Assembly (NCBI GenBank): GCA_002633005.1
Contig: NMRA01000230.1
Coordinates: forward strand, 125,453-189,452
From: Phoronis australis
Lineage: Eukaryota; Animalia; Phoronida
Length of the DNA: 64,000 bases
Direction of reading: 5' to 3'
This document shows positions 1 to 13,800 of the stretch, in pieces; within the stretch, counting starts at the first letter, position 1; each line of letters begins with the position of its first letter. Below the pieces are notes generated by a model. That model was given only the letters and a program-made list of their open reading frames with translations, searched no databases and was not told the origin of the DNA. The position numbers and the translations under genes were made by a program.

Positions 1-39
1 TGACTGACTCGGCAGCTGTCACAGTCAGACTATGTGAAA

Positions 40-266
40 AGAAATTGGCGGGAAGCGCTTGCCTCCTAAAACGTCACTTCCGGAAAAGCGGACGAATAAT
101 TAATAAAATTACGAAAAGCTGTAATTAAGTGAAAAATATGTCTAGGATAACCAACCAACCTTATTTGAGCTCAAAATGACATGGAAAAAGGTTGTCTTCG
201 CCTTTAAAATGTCTGCCGAGAACCACTGTGTTGCTGTTAGCGGAAATAGCCGTCATGGCGGTAAAA
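40..266 (+). promoter_or_regulatory. Probable UBL5 promoter and first exon region
   Basis: E2F-like TTGGCGGGAA (~45), ETS-like CACTTCCGGAA (~75), YY1-like CATGGCGG (~254), followed by a candidate donor GTAAAA at 261. An acceptor (TTTTTCTCGACAG, ends 377) precedes the UBL5 ATG, so an upstream exon is expected. Confidence 0.45.
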
Positions 267-380
267 GGGTATTTTGTCTGATTACTTTTGTCTTGTCCTG
301 TATATTGCAATTGCACACGAATATAACAGTTGATTGATAGATTGTCACGTTCACATCTAACTCATTTTTCTCGACAGGAA

Positions 381-1459
381 ATGATTGAAGTAACATGTAA
401 TGACCGCTTGGGCAAGAAGGTTCGAGTCAAGTGCAAGTATCCTTTTGTATTGGTAATGTTGTCAAGGCAACGATCATTTACATCGGTCCTCTGTTTTTGA
501 GAACCACTTTGGTGCCTGGTATTCAGTGGGAAATGGCTCTCAAGATGCAGGAATCCTGTGTCTATATTATTTTCACTTACAGAATTTTGCCTGCAATTGA
601 AATGTGTTGTATTCAAGAAGTAATGGTTATTTAGTTGCGTGTTGTTTGTCTAATTTCGATACTGTTTAGTTTTACTGTGAAAACCAACTGTATGAGCTGT
701 GCCAAAGAAAACTGAAGTTGAAATCACATGATTGATGCTTGAATTGTGGTAATTGACAAACAAGGAGAACAAAGGTAAGGTGAAAAAATATGTCGCTTTC
801 TACCACCAAAAATTTTAATGCAGTTATAGTATTTTAATAAACCTTTTAAAAAAAGGTTGATGGAATTTGTATATTTTCATTGGAGATATGTCCGAAATTG
901 TGAAGAGAATCGGAAGCAATTTTTTTTGTAAACCATTAAAAATATTTAATGGAAATCTGAAAGATCTTTGAACCTTGACCTGCTTAGTCCAGATGACAAG
1001 ATCGGTGACCTCAAGAAGTTGGTAGCTGCCCAGACTGGTACAAAGGCTGACAAAATACAACTTAAAAAATGGTATGTAATCGCTACATTTTTTATTCTCA
1101 AGCATTGGTTTTAGAATGTGGGCTGGTCTATTATAGTCTGAAGATACAAATTATACTAATGACTTCTTTGGCTATCACACTCTACCCCATTGAAATGAAA
1201 ATTATTATTTATCACTGTGAAGAAATTACACTGCTATCAGAACTTGAAAAGTAGTCTCACATTTCTTTTTCTTCAAACTTACAGAAATTGGAAGAGAGAC
1301 ACTTAGTTTCAGCTAAAGACAAACCCTTTTAAGTAAAATAAAAGTTACAACTTGTAAACTGTATAACTTTCTTGTAGGTACACTATATTCAAAGATCACG
1401 TGTCACTGGCGGACTATGAAATTCACGATGGCATGAACCTGGAGCTGTATTATTCATAG
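381..1459 (+). CDS. UBL5: Ubiquitin-like protein 5 (Hub1), 73 aa; exons 381-436, 988-1071, 1378-1459
   Basis: Spliced translation [73 protein letters not shown] closely matches UBL5/Hub1, including the C-terminal YYx. GT-AG introns with consistent phases; AATAAA at ~1790. Confidence 0.97.
437..987 (+). other. U12-type (minor spliceosome) GT-AG intron of UBL5
   Basis: 5' splice site GTATCCTTTT; branch site CCTTGAC (973-979) about 9 nt before the AG; no polypyrimidine tract. Confidence 0.88.
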
Positions 1460-1866
1460 GAGTAGGAGTCGGAATATTACTCGGACATCATCTCTCACAA
1501 ACAACTTAATGTCCAAAGTTTCAAAAACATGTCTGCTTCATGATAAAACCACCATCATCATAAGAAGTCTGTGTGTATGACTGGACAGTTGGTGTTATTT
1601 TTAAGTTGGGAAATCTGTCGCCATAAACTGGTCCTAACTTACATGTACACCATGTGCACCCCTATCTGTATAAAGATAGTCTTCATTGTGTTTTAGAATG
1701 TTGCATAGTTATGAACTTAGTGTTGAAAACGCATGGATGTTTTTTCATTTTGATCACTGGAAGAATCTTAATTGCTTTCATATTATGTAAATAAACTTGC
1801 CCTTGTACTAAGTAAATGTACTTTCTGTGTACAGTTCGTCTGTGTATGTTGGTATCAATTTCTTTC

Positions 1867-2043
1867 AATTGACCTATCACAAGCTCCGCCCCCTTGGGAA
1901 ATGTCCACAAACAAACAGTAAGTTTTTCCCGGCAACGTGTTGTTTTTCGGATAAAATGGCAGCTTGGAAAAGTTGTGTCAAGAAGGCTGTGTTCTGATTG
2001 GTCACTTAAGCTGTCACTCAAAAGTCCTGGCAATAGGTCAATT
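1867..2043. mobile_element. ~180-bp MITE, family A (TIR AATTGACCTAT)
   Basis: Terminal inverted repeat AATTGACCTAT/ATAGGTCAATT. Homologous copies at 27423-27602, 41286-41423 (inverted, truncated) and a fragment at ~56009. Confidence 0.8.
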
Positions 2044-2173
2044 GCTGTTGAGCAAAACATTAACTTCTGGCTATTCCAGCTTCCTCTGAGTCCTCTCACT
2101 AGTTCAGAATAACACATGTTCTTTTACTGGCACACAATACACATTCCATGAATATTTTGGTAGAACAACCAAT

Positions 2174-2285
2174 TGCCATACATCTAGAGGCTAGGTGTGG
2201 GCAGCTGACATGTGACCAACTTCTCATTGCTGGCCATACATCTAGGGGCCAGGTGTGGACCACTGACACGTGACCCACTTCACTG
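2174..2285. repeat. Imperfect direct repeat, 2 x ~58 bp
   Basis: GCCATACATCTAG(A/G)GGC.AGGTGTGG...CTGACA.GTGACC occurs twice. Confidence 0.75.
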
Positions 2286-3341
2286 CATCACAGTCAACAA
2301 AATATTTGTGACCAGTATTGCGTCAATTCCACTTGCGCAATATTTCAAAGTGAAACGCTAAGTTTACGTGGTTCAATGGTTGCTGTCCAGCGTTGTTTTA
2401 AGTTCTGTAGTTCCTTTCCCCTGTTCTACACAACTGCCACATCTTTAGTCTTGGCTTTTGAAAACTGTGTGATTATTAGGCAATCATTCAGACAACAGGC
2501 AACTTTTAATTCTTAAGTTAAACCTTCAAGGCACTGTAATCTGTGTTGGTGTTTGTGTTCTAAAGCAGTCAGTAACAATTTTTATTCTTGCCAGACTTGA
2601 AAGTGACGACAAAACTTAAATGATTTCAGTCAAGCAAGTGTAAAGGTCTCCTCAGTAAGCATTGGAACGATGAGATTCATTCTCACACAATTGTTTTGCC
2701 TGATCAACTGTTGTTCCTTCAAACAAGTTGCGTGTGTGTGTGATTGCGTGTGCGTGTGTATCAGTTTTTGGGAAACCAAAACGACAGAGAGGAAATCGGT
2801 AAATTAATTTTTTATTAGATTTACAAAACAAAAACAGAAAGTAGCACTTTAACATTTAGATTTAAACACCTTACAACAGCCTAATTTAGAATACTAAGCG
2901 CATTTAGATTCAACACTACAGTACTACATGTTAGAATGCTAAGCACAAGTTTACTTAGCTTTTGAAAGCTAACGTAACTTGCATCAATATCGATACTTTG
3001 ACCAGCATAGATGACAGACAAAGTACCGGGTACACCAAGCATAGACATCACATCAAGTGTATTTCTCACTTCAAGTGCTCTGCCAGTGTCTTAGGTCCAC
3101 CGAACAAACCCTGACTACATGCATGATCAAAGCATTACAAATATCTATCAAGTGTCAATTTGAGGCCATTTTCAAATCGAGAGCTTGTAATCTAACCTGT
3201 GAACTTGGCTGGATAATTGACCAATTGCGCGGCATGATTCAAGTAAACTGACAAAATGTGTACACAAATAATGCGAAATCGAGATTGATTAATTTTCGAG
3301 TCCAAGTCGAGTCCCGAGGTCAGAGATTATATCCTGTTTAC

Positions 3342-3560
3342 ATATTAACTGTCTATTGCTATGCCTCACTGCAGTCTTCGGTCCTAAATAACCACTCACA
3401 AGTCAGTCATCGTCCACGCTTCACCGAGTTGTTTCAGCTAGTGTGTTATTAATATTAACTGTCTATTGCTATGCCTCACTGCAGTCTTCGGTCCTAAATA
3501 ACCACTCACAACTCAGTCATCGTCCACGCTTCACCGAGTTGTTTCAGCTAGTGTGTTATT
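3342..3560. repeat. Near-perfect tandem duplication, 2 x 110 bp
   Basis: ATATTAACTGTCTATTGC...GTGTGTTATT at 3342 and 3452, about one mismatch. Confidence 0.92.
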
Positions 3561-3989
3561 ACCATGAAATCACGCCTAATGTGATAATTGCCCTGCTCCA
3601 CACATACGCAATGAAGTGAGATTACTCTTCCTCATATTGAAGGTTGATGGCAATCATGGTTCACAAACATATCTATTGAAGAAATACTAGGTACAGTGAA
3701 ACAGGTAATTTCCAAGGGCAGGCATTTCATACTGTTAGGCAACACATACACGTCGACTCTTTTTGCAATGACCATAACAATAATTGTTAAAGATGTAGCA
3801 AAGCATAGCCCTGATGTATTATATGCACCAACAAGTCACATGCTCTTTGATTCCCACAAATTTTGCCGAAGCTCTTCACAGAAGTCTTACTTTTCCACGG
3901 AAATGTGACGTAAAATTAATGTAGAATAAGGTTTTTGACATGGATTTTTCACCAGCAAAAAAAATGGTGCTTATGAGAAAAATATGCTC

Positions 3990-4072
3990 TTGAGAACTAC
4001 AACGTAACACAGTGTGTACTTGAGAACTACAGAGTAACGCAGTCTGCACTTGAGCACTAACAACGTAACACT
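3990..4072. repeat. Minisatellite, ~3 x 30 bp
   Basis: TTGAGAACTACAACGTAACACAGTGTGTAC-like unit repeated. Confidence 0.7.
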
Positions 4073-4805
4073 ACAAAATCGGTAAAGACTGTTAGCAAAA
4101 ACGAAAAAATTCAGAAACGGTTGCTATGTATGAGTAATGCAAACTGCTTCTTACTTAATAAAAAAGATAGTATCAAACAATTCTTGAAGATTCCATTGTA
4201 AGATCTTATACACGAGATTATGCAAGTGAAATGCTTGTAGTTTACTCTATTACTGACAGATGGCACAAGTGTCTTGACAATATATTTGGCATCATCGACT
4301 TACTTGCAATTCTGTTAACTATGCACATACTGGCCACAACACAGATCATTTACTTCAATCTTGGACTGTTTATTTACATTCGGACACTCCACTGAAGTTC
4401 AACATCATTCTGTTACGGACACTTCAATGAAGTTACACATCCCTTGTCTCTAGTTCTCGTTCAGCTCCGGCAGACATGACATACATGCTGTGTTGATCAT
4501 TAAAAGCTTGCACCATAACAATTTGTTACAGTCACATTACTGGTGCCATCAATCAAATAAGTCTCAGACGAATAAAATGCATTTGGTCTATAACCAATCC
4601 AACAGTGTAACAGTCACTTATTTCCTCATTAAACATTGTCCACGGAATGCTGTAACGGAAACACAACATCGTCGTTACCAATCTCCTCATTCTTAAATGA
4701 GACAAACACAACCCACAAGCTCTTTTGATCATTGAATGCACTCCACACAATCCCGTTACGAATATGACATTTTAAGTGGTGGATTAATTTCTAAAGCAGT
4801 TCACA

Positions 4806-7800
4806 TCAGCTTGGGTTCAGCAGTTTTACAATGTCTTTACTAGCGGCAACATTTTCTGCCGTCAAACCATCACTGTCCGTGATGGAGGTGTTGGCTTCGT
4901 TCTTCAGCAGAATCTCGACTACGGCAGTGTGGTCACAACTTGAAGCTGAAAATGAAAATCTTTGTGATAATCTCATCAACAAATAGATGAAAGCAAAAGC
5001 TAGTTCTTGTAGGAAACTGTCAATACAAACTTTCCTGTAGTCAACCTTGAGAAAGAGATCAACCTCAAGTAGCCTGGTCACGATACCAACCCATTGTTGG
5101 TCCATACACTGGCCTTATTGCCTGTAGTGCACATTTTTGAAACACTTTCAGCCGTGCCATGGTAGTTGCATATTTTACCTTTAAAAGAAAGCTCATGTTG
5201 CTGACGTATATTGAGTTACAATGCTGTTGAAAACAAAGTTTAACAGTAAAGTGAGTGTGAATGTGAACTGTGTCCCTGACACAAAAGTGTGGCCGAGACA
5301 CAGTGGACCCAAAGTTCACAACACTCATCTTGAAGGTCTGGGTAGTTTGCAGAAACAGAGATGCTTATAGGAACATTATAGGAAAGAAAAGCAATTTCCA
5401 AGATCAGCTTCCACATGGAACAAGCCAGCATATCCAGCGGTCGCAGTCTGACTGTTTGCTAGGAGAGCAATGTCCTCGCTAAATGGCAAAATATTTTAAG
5501 TCAACTGGTACAGTTACTGGCCTTGATTTCACCGAACTTTTGATTTAGACAACTTGCCGCTACAAAATTGATCTCAACTTGTTCCTTACTCAGGTGGGAA
5601 AGAATTTCTGGGCTTCCAAAGAACTCACAGTTGGCTGTTTCTTGAAACCATGCTTGGCTCTTAAAATGATGCGCCGTGACAAGTCGACTTGCAGAACATG
5701 GTCTCAAGCAATAACAAAATGCCAGTGGTTTCAAAGCCCAGACACTGCCTCCGGTCTGACTATAGCAAATAATGAGCGATTTCATTATGGTAAGAGTCTA
5801 AATCAAAAATTGGGTTTTCGTCATGAAAGGCAGTTCAGCTTTAACTAAATTAAAAGACTGATGCTGTTTTAAACATTCTTTTAACAGTTGTTGACATAGA
5901 TTTTGTGTATAACCTTCAATACATTTCATAATACATTATTAGTATCACAGGGTTCAGTAGTGACAACATGACACTTGTACTTACCAAAGTGCAATGGTGT
6001 CTGTCCATCAGCATCCTACAAAAATTTAAGACAATTCCGTGTCATGTGTGAACTCTGTAGACATAAAAGACACCTGCAGTGCAATAAATGTTTAAAAATG
6101 GCATCATTCCAGAGCCAGTTCTATCACCTATTTACAAACCATGACGGTGCTGATGTCTACTTATGTAACCCAATCCGAAGAACGGTATTATTTCGGAAAC
6201 ATTTAGCAAGCAATATGGCCGACAAGTGAAATTCCATTTTGTCAAAATTCTCCATGAAACGAAAAAGAAAATTTTAGTATATTACTAGGTGCATAGCTTG
6301 AAGAGTTTATGTGATATAGCAGCCTGTGGCAATAAGTACATTATTTATAGCAACGAAGTGGTCGGACTCTGAAAAGTGCATATTATTTTTGTGCAAAATA
6401 ATTAGTGGAGAATTACCGTTTTGTCTGTCTTCATGACAGATTTTGCCTTGTTTCATTAGCACTGTACATAACACTTACCTGAACATTAACCTCTGCCCCT
6501 TGCTGCAATAAATATTCCACCACAGGTGCGTGACCCCGGTCTGATGCCCAGTGCAGTAGGGTCATCCCCTGAAACAAAACCACAGCAATTGTCACTGGGT
6601 GAGATTCTAGTTACAAAATAATTCAAATGAAGGAAAATGAAATACAAACTTTTTGAATTTGAATTGAAACAAAAGTATAGTACTTCGATTTTACCAGTTC
6701 TCAAGTGCCTAAAATCTATACTAAGCATTTCAGCAGATAATCTAACTGTTTGATATCTTAAGGCCCACCTACACCCACTGGCAAACTTAGCCAAAGTTTT
6801 GTTTGCAAACACAACTGAACTTGGAGTTTGCTGACGATTTCAAAATTTTGCCAACCATACCAGAAAACTCTGCCTAACTTTCCCTTACAGAGGCTGCCAT
6901 TTTTTTAACAGCACTGACAATCACATGATTTTCAGCAGTTTACTGATTGGTTATTATTCATTCAACTCTACCAATCAGTTTTAAAATTAATGCGCATGAC
7001 CAAATATCAGCAGACTAGTTTAGGGTTTTAAAAAATTTCAAAAAAGATTGAAAAACAAAACGTTTGCCAATGTGGATGACTCTTCACAGTCAGTGTTACA
7101 CCATAAGATGTTGAAATGTAAGATTTACCTACTGCTACAACCAGCTGGCAGCAGGCGACCAGCAACAGTACCTGACTTGTCCTTGATATGGTCACAAATA
7201 CTGTGTATCAGTTAATCTAACAAGTTTCAAGGAGAATAAGATAGCACACTGACCATTGTAATTAAAATAAAACATTTAACCATCTTCAAATTTTCACCAG
7301 TGTTTACATGTTTGTAAGTGAAATTATTGGGAGTTTAGTAACAACAACACTGGAGTGACATCATTCCACTATATGTCCCTCATCAATTGCAAATTCACAA
7401 CGGTCCGGATTTCAGACGTAATGCTACGTTCCACTCTAATGACAGTAATAGTAAGGCAAATTTCTTTTTGCTTTTCAAAAAAGCTTTTCTCAAAATCAGA
7501 TTTTAAAGCCAATATGTCACACGGTAAAATCTCACCAATTTTGGAAAAATAACTGCCAAAATTGACCCTTTTCCGTTTTTCAAGGACTTCTTATGCAAAA
7601 TTTTATATGATCGTAGATATCATCAAAAATTGAAAGCATTGATATGTTGCAAATGCATTGTGTCCTTAGTTGGTGAGATTTGCTGAACCTAGTTTTCAGC
7701 AAACAATAAACGACACAACACCTCCTCATCCGTGCTGTTAATATGTTTCCTAGGCAACACCTTGGCCATTCGCTTCACATTACATTCCTTGCACCAATCA

Positions 7801-10800
7801 AACGCAGTTTTCTCGCTGTCCATTATGACATCATCGTCAGGTCTGGATAGAGTACTGACCGACACGCCACCTATCCCTCCACCTCCTGACTTGGTGTTGG
7901 AAGGATCGACCTGTGAGCAACAGAGAGAGGTCAGCGCATAAGTGTGCACAGCAAATTAACTTAATAAAATTAATATATTCAGATAATTTGGAATCTATGC
8001 ATAAATACAAACAACCCTAGGCTTCCATGCCAGTCGTTAAGGAACCCAACTCTGCTAATCAACTTCAAGTTTTTTCATTCATTTTAGAATGAAGTCATTG
8101 ACATCAAAGCTGTGATCAGTCAAAAACTCTAACTTTGGATTTAGATAACTAGTGTCAACTTGTTCCTTACTCAGATTAGAGATGCGCGTAATCACAGTGT
8201 TTAATTGCCCGAGATCTGGCTCGTCACAGAGGATAACTTTTAAATTATCAAAGCAACTGACAGATCTTAATAGGTTCAAGACATACTTCTCATTTGGCAC
8301 AAAAAAAACAACAATTTAAGACCAGTTGTAAATTGACCTAATTAATAATAATTATTAATAATAAAATCATTTTTGATAGAAACCGTGTTTCAAGCGACTC
8401 TACATACTAAGTTTATTCTCAATTCTGGATAAGTCCAAGTAGAAGCAATTGATAATTTGTGACATTATTATTGATTTCTGACGGAACACTGTCTAATTTG
8501 AGACTAGTTTTATTAATAGTAGGAGTGAAAATTTTGAAATTTACATGTTTACCAAATTAATGTTAATTAAATCTAATTTACTCATCAAACTGCTTTTCAC
8601 AACATGGAACACTGCTGGGATATCCACACATGTTTCCTCAAGTGAGACACTCACGAGACTTGTGGTAAGAAATCTTGACATAATGAACGGATATGAAACT
8701 TAGTAGACGACTTTATCCCATAAGTCAATGTTACAGCCTCGCTGACCAATCACTGAACCGCTGGCCATTTCGCTAATGTATGGTAATGAAGTCTTCCATT
8801 TGGAGAATGCTCACTTTTGTGTGACCTGGAATGATCTAGCATAACTCACAAAGCCGAGCAAGCGAGCACCTTGCATTATGAAAGGTGCTCCAGGAAGCCT
8901 TACTAAATTGAGAATAATGAACAGTATGTTACAGTATCAACACTTGTAACCTTGTACTTGTTCGAAATAGCCACCAAATCAGGACAAGATTTTCTACCTC
9001 AAACAATTTGGTTTTGCCTAAACACAAAACTTCATTTTATTCTAAGTCCTTCTTTATCCAGGCCATTCAACAGTCGATCAACTTGCCAAATAGTCTACAG
9101 AAGGCTGACCGTTATGAAGATTTCAGACACCAACTCATTAGTTACCTGTGGTCGTCATAGCTGTCCCTCCTTGTTGTCGCTCCAATGTAAATACCGTATA
9201 AAAGTTTTTATCTATTTATTTATTTATAATTCAGTCTGTAAATCCAATTTGTAAATACTGTTTAATTTAATGTAACTTAATTTAATTTATTTAGCTATTT
9301 ATCTATATTAATTTTTGCTGCAGAGGACCATGCTGGATATTAGCCTTTGGCTAAAGCATGTTTTATATCTATTTCATTTTATCCTCTATAAATAAAGTTC
9401 AATATTATTATTATTATTATTATCATTATTATTATAACACTAAAATGGAAAGTACCAGCCAACACTGTAACAACAAACAGTCTAAGTTGCGCCATCTACT
9501 GTCAAAGTTTGCAGCTCTACGTCTATCATTGAAAGCGCATCATCACACAAGACTGCATGTACAAGCAGTATACCACTAGGAGTCTGCCCATGTACTAACG
9601 GTACCTCATACTGCCACTAGGGGTCTATGCATGTACTATCAATAACTCAGACTACCACTAGGAGTCTACGCATGTGTTAATGGTACCTTAGACTGCCATT
9701 CGGGGTCTATAGCAGTGATAGCATCTACATACTCTTGTTGCGCCTGTTCTTTAGTCATGTTGCCCAAGTCCTTCCACGCTTGCCTGTAAATAACAAGTAA
9801 TGGGAATTAATTACTTCACAAGATATTCTCATAAGTGTCAATTTTCCATTGTTCAAAAGCTGATTACTTAACTGCAAATCATGGAAAACTTGCAAAAGTT
9901 GTTTTGTGACATCTTCATGGTAGTTTTAGACTAAAAATTTCTTAACCTTCACTTTTGTGAACAACAAATTTGACAAAATAATACTTCACTTGCCAGCAAT
10001 ATTGTGTGCTAAATAACAGAAGATTAGATTGGCCAACTTCAAAGCAAGATAAAATAAGAGCTAAGTGGGACCACAGTGTAACAATACAAAATCAAGACGT
10101 GTAACAACTGCCTCGGTCACTTAGTTTAGGACAAGACTTTTTCATATCACAAAATTATATCAAAACATTCAACAATCACCTGCCATGTGAAACGTGATTT
10201 TTCAGGTTAACAGTCCCATTGATAGCTTAAACAGTGCTCAATCTAAATTTAAGTAACGCAGGCACCAGACAAAGAGTGGCAGTGACAAATGTAAAAGTCC
10301 AATGCCTTCGTATATACACAAATGTGTAAGTTCAATGCCTTCGTATACACAAACCAATTAATACAGTACAAGACAAGCTGAAAGTAATAAAAAATGACAT
10401 AGAATTCACTATAATGATGGCTCTGCTGAAGCCAAATTTATTGTCAGAGAAGTCTTCTCTCATGACTAAGAACAAAAGGACAGGAGAGATAGTAACGTGG
10501 CTCGGTCATTTTGTAATTGGAGTTTTGACGCCCTATTAGTTATGACCGGTAATTTTGGCTGTTCACAGAATTTGTCGTCATGATGGCGAAACGTTATTTT
10601 TTCCAAGTACTTTTGTCTTGTACTGTAACTGGCAAGTTCGTGAAAAGTTAATTTTAAACATACCATTTTGGCTTCCCTTTAAAATCTAAAAATCCAGGTT
10701 TTGGAATGTTACAAGGGCCTTCGTTCACCTGAAAAGAAAAAACGTTCACATAATCACAATGAGCACCACAAAAATGTGTGTAATTTCTCGTAAAACCGGC

Positions 10801-13800
10801 ATTCATCTGCCTAACACAAATGCTTCATCGGTTCTATGCCACTATGGAATGGCGTATATTCTACCATGGAAGCTTATTTCGATCTATTAGAACATACCTC
10901 AAGTATTTACAGATCAGTACAGAGGCGAGTACTGCGTATACAATTACATACTTTCATAGATACTTAAGAAGTCAGATATAGACGCGTGGATGTCTGGCAA
11001 AGTTCCTAATCTCGCTACTAAGTGGCACACTGGACTACCTGCAGCTTGACCTTCAGATAAGACAATGAATGACTTCCACCAAAGGTCGAGCAGCAGCCAT
11101 CACAGCAATCCACAAGCATGTCACGTAGTGCACGGTGAAATTGTGAATGTAGTACCAGGTGGTGAACCTGTCCTTTAAGCTTGATTGCATCCATAGTGTG
11201 TCTCAGGCCCAGCTTCTGTGACTTAATGATACAGTATAATTATATATCTACATGTATATTATAAGCCATGCTTGGAGCTCCTTTCCAACAAAAAGCTCAA
11301 AGCTTGGGTTTTAGTTGACAAAATCGCTAGAGACTTCACCAATTTTGAAAATTCAAAACCCACATACGGTAACCTCATTTTTAATAGTCTATCCAAATTT
11401 TATGATTTCAATACTATTAGGTTTTCATGTCACAAAAACAAAATGGTACAGTGCAGCCAGGACACCTTCAAGACTTCTAATTAGATACGATCAGATCAAA
11501 AACAGTAATTAACCTCACTATATGTGCTGAGTGACCTAGAGAAAGAGGCACACTCTATTGGTGACTAGACCCCTAATAACACTAGAATGTGGAATGAACT
11601 GGTCGGGATGACCATGTGACAGGTAGCTATAGCAACATAACTTGGAGGGTTTAATCACTGGGAGGTCTTACATTTCAAAAAACTTCGGGTGTACTAGCAT
11701 GGTGTAAGTATGGAAATGCCTGCTAGCATAAACACTAGACAGGTATAGAAAGTACCACCATCTCAACTGGCCCCAAAAGACAGTCGTCCCATAGGTCTTC
11801 CATACACCATAGGCCTTTCAGTGAATCATGCCCGATCAAACCATCAAAGTCATGTTGCTATAACAACCTTCTGCACCTTGATATCATATTCCCTGGTGCA
11901 AGCAGTGTAAAAAATGCCCAGTTGCCGATTTGGGCAGCTCAATGAAGGACTGTTCGAAATAAAGTTTGATAACGGTATTTGTTTGAGCTGTGAAGAGTCA
12001 AAGACATCAACGACCTCCTAACATGTCATTACTGCGGAAAAGGTATTTATAAAAACATGACTTTGATGATTTAATTAGTGGGAGGCATAATTCGCCGAAA
12101 ACGCTCCTGGCTCCACTAGTGCGGCTATATCAAGGTCAAGGCCACCGTGCCGTGGTATCAGTAACCTAGGTGCAAAGCTGTACACTAAATATACAAAAGT
12201 CAGCTTTGCGCTGGTGTGGGTAAAAAACTACCAAATAAAACCTGACACAAAAAATTAGCGTCATTGGAAACAACATTCCTCTTTGAGTAAACTAAATTAC
12301 TTACGGGTGTTGGAAAAATTGGTGTTCTACCATTATTCTGCTGCTAAAAATGTTGCGTGATCTTTTGCGTCAGCTTTTGGTGCCATGAAATATTGCGTCA
12401 CCTTTTGGCCAGTTTCTTTTTTGCCGATTTTTCAATCAACTGGTTTAACTTCATGATAAGTTTTTAGAATTTTGATACCAGAATACCGAATTTCAAAAAA
12501 ATTGATATACGTGAACGACAATATCCCACACTGCAAAGCTGTCATCATTTCCCGAGAGATGTCGCAAAAATTTAGGAAATGGCGCGTGGGTGTGTCACAA
12601 GTGTAGTTTTCAAAACGACGGCATACCTAAACATTGATTACAAAAGGTGGAGACTTATGCTAGAAAATGACCTTAACGATTATTTTTCACTTAAATGGCT
12701 GTAACAGGCAAAGTGAGTGTCGGTCGACTCTCAGATTTTCCATGCACCCCCTGCCGGTTTTTAGCTGTACATGTTGATACAAGTTTAACATGATCCCAAT
12801 AATTACAAAAAATCCTTTACACTGAACAAAAAATTTCACCTGATTGCCCAAATGAACATTCAATTCCAAGTTCAGGCATACGCTTTTTGAGATTAAGCAG
12901 GATTCCAAGTTCACACACAGCATTCGTATACAGCTAGCTGGCCAAATTTTACATCGCCCTGAAGCTGAGGCTGAGGTAGCCAGCCAGCTAGCTGTATGAA
13001 GACTGTCATCAAAATATAGTTAGGTACCACTGTGTGCATTTCTTCCGTAGACCCTGAAATTGCACACAGCCAGGGTAGTTCTGCTCGTCACCTCGCCGTG
13101 AAACTTGTATCAACATGTAAAGCTAAAGACCAAATGGGTTGCATGCAAAATCTTGGAATCAACCGACACTCACCTTGCCCGTTGCAGCCGTTTAAGTGAA
13201 AAATGGTGCAATAAACGTCATTTTCTTACATAACTCTCCGTCTTTTCTTACAATGAAAAGTATGTCGATTCGTTCTGAAAACAGTACGCTTGAGTCACAC
13301 ACACGCGCTTTTTCCTAAAATTTTGCAACAACTCTCGGGAGATGATGATAGCTAATTGGCAGCTGCAAAAATTCTTCTGAAAATCTGGTTTTTCGGTATC
13401 AAACTTTTAAAAACTTATAATAATGAAGTGAAAACAGTTCCAATAATTTCTTGTGACGTGTACTCAAACTCGTGAAAGAACAACAGTTGATTTGAAAAAT
13501 CGGCAAAAAAAGAAACTGGCCACTAGGTGACGCAATATTTTATGACGCTGAAAGCCGTCGCTAAAGATCGCTTCACAACTTTAGCAGCAGAATAACAGTA
13601 GAACACCATTTTTTCCAATAATTTAGTTTACTCAAGGAAGAATGTAGTTTTTAGTGACACTAATTTATGTCAGATTTTATCTTAACATTTTTTACCCACA
13701 TCGGCGCAAAGCTGTATATCTATTATACAGTTTTGTACCAAGGCTAAGGCTGAGGCCCCGCTGAGGGGGTGAGCCTGAAGCCGAAGCCTGAATGCCGCAG

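Noticed and set aside
5240-8960. Possible retroelement remnants in ACBD6 introns (shared LSKEQV-coding stretch at ~5575 and ~8155; LPYISE at ~8770)
   Set aside because: Too degenerate to classify or delimit by eye.
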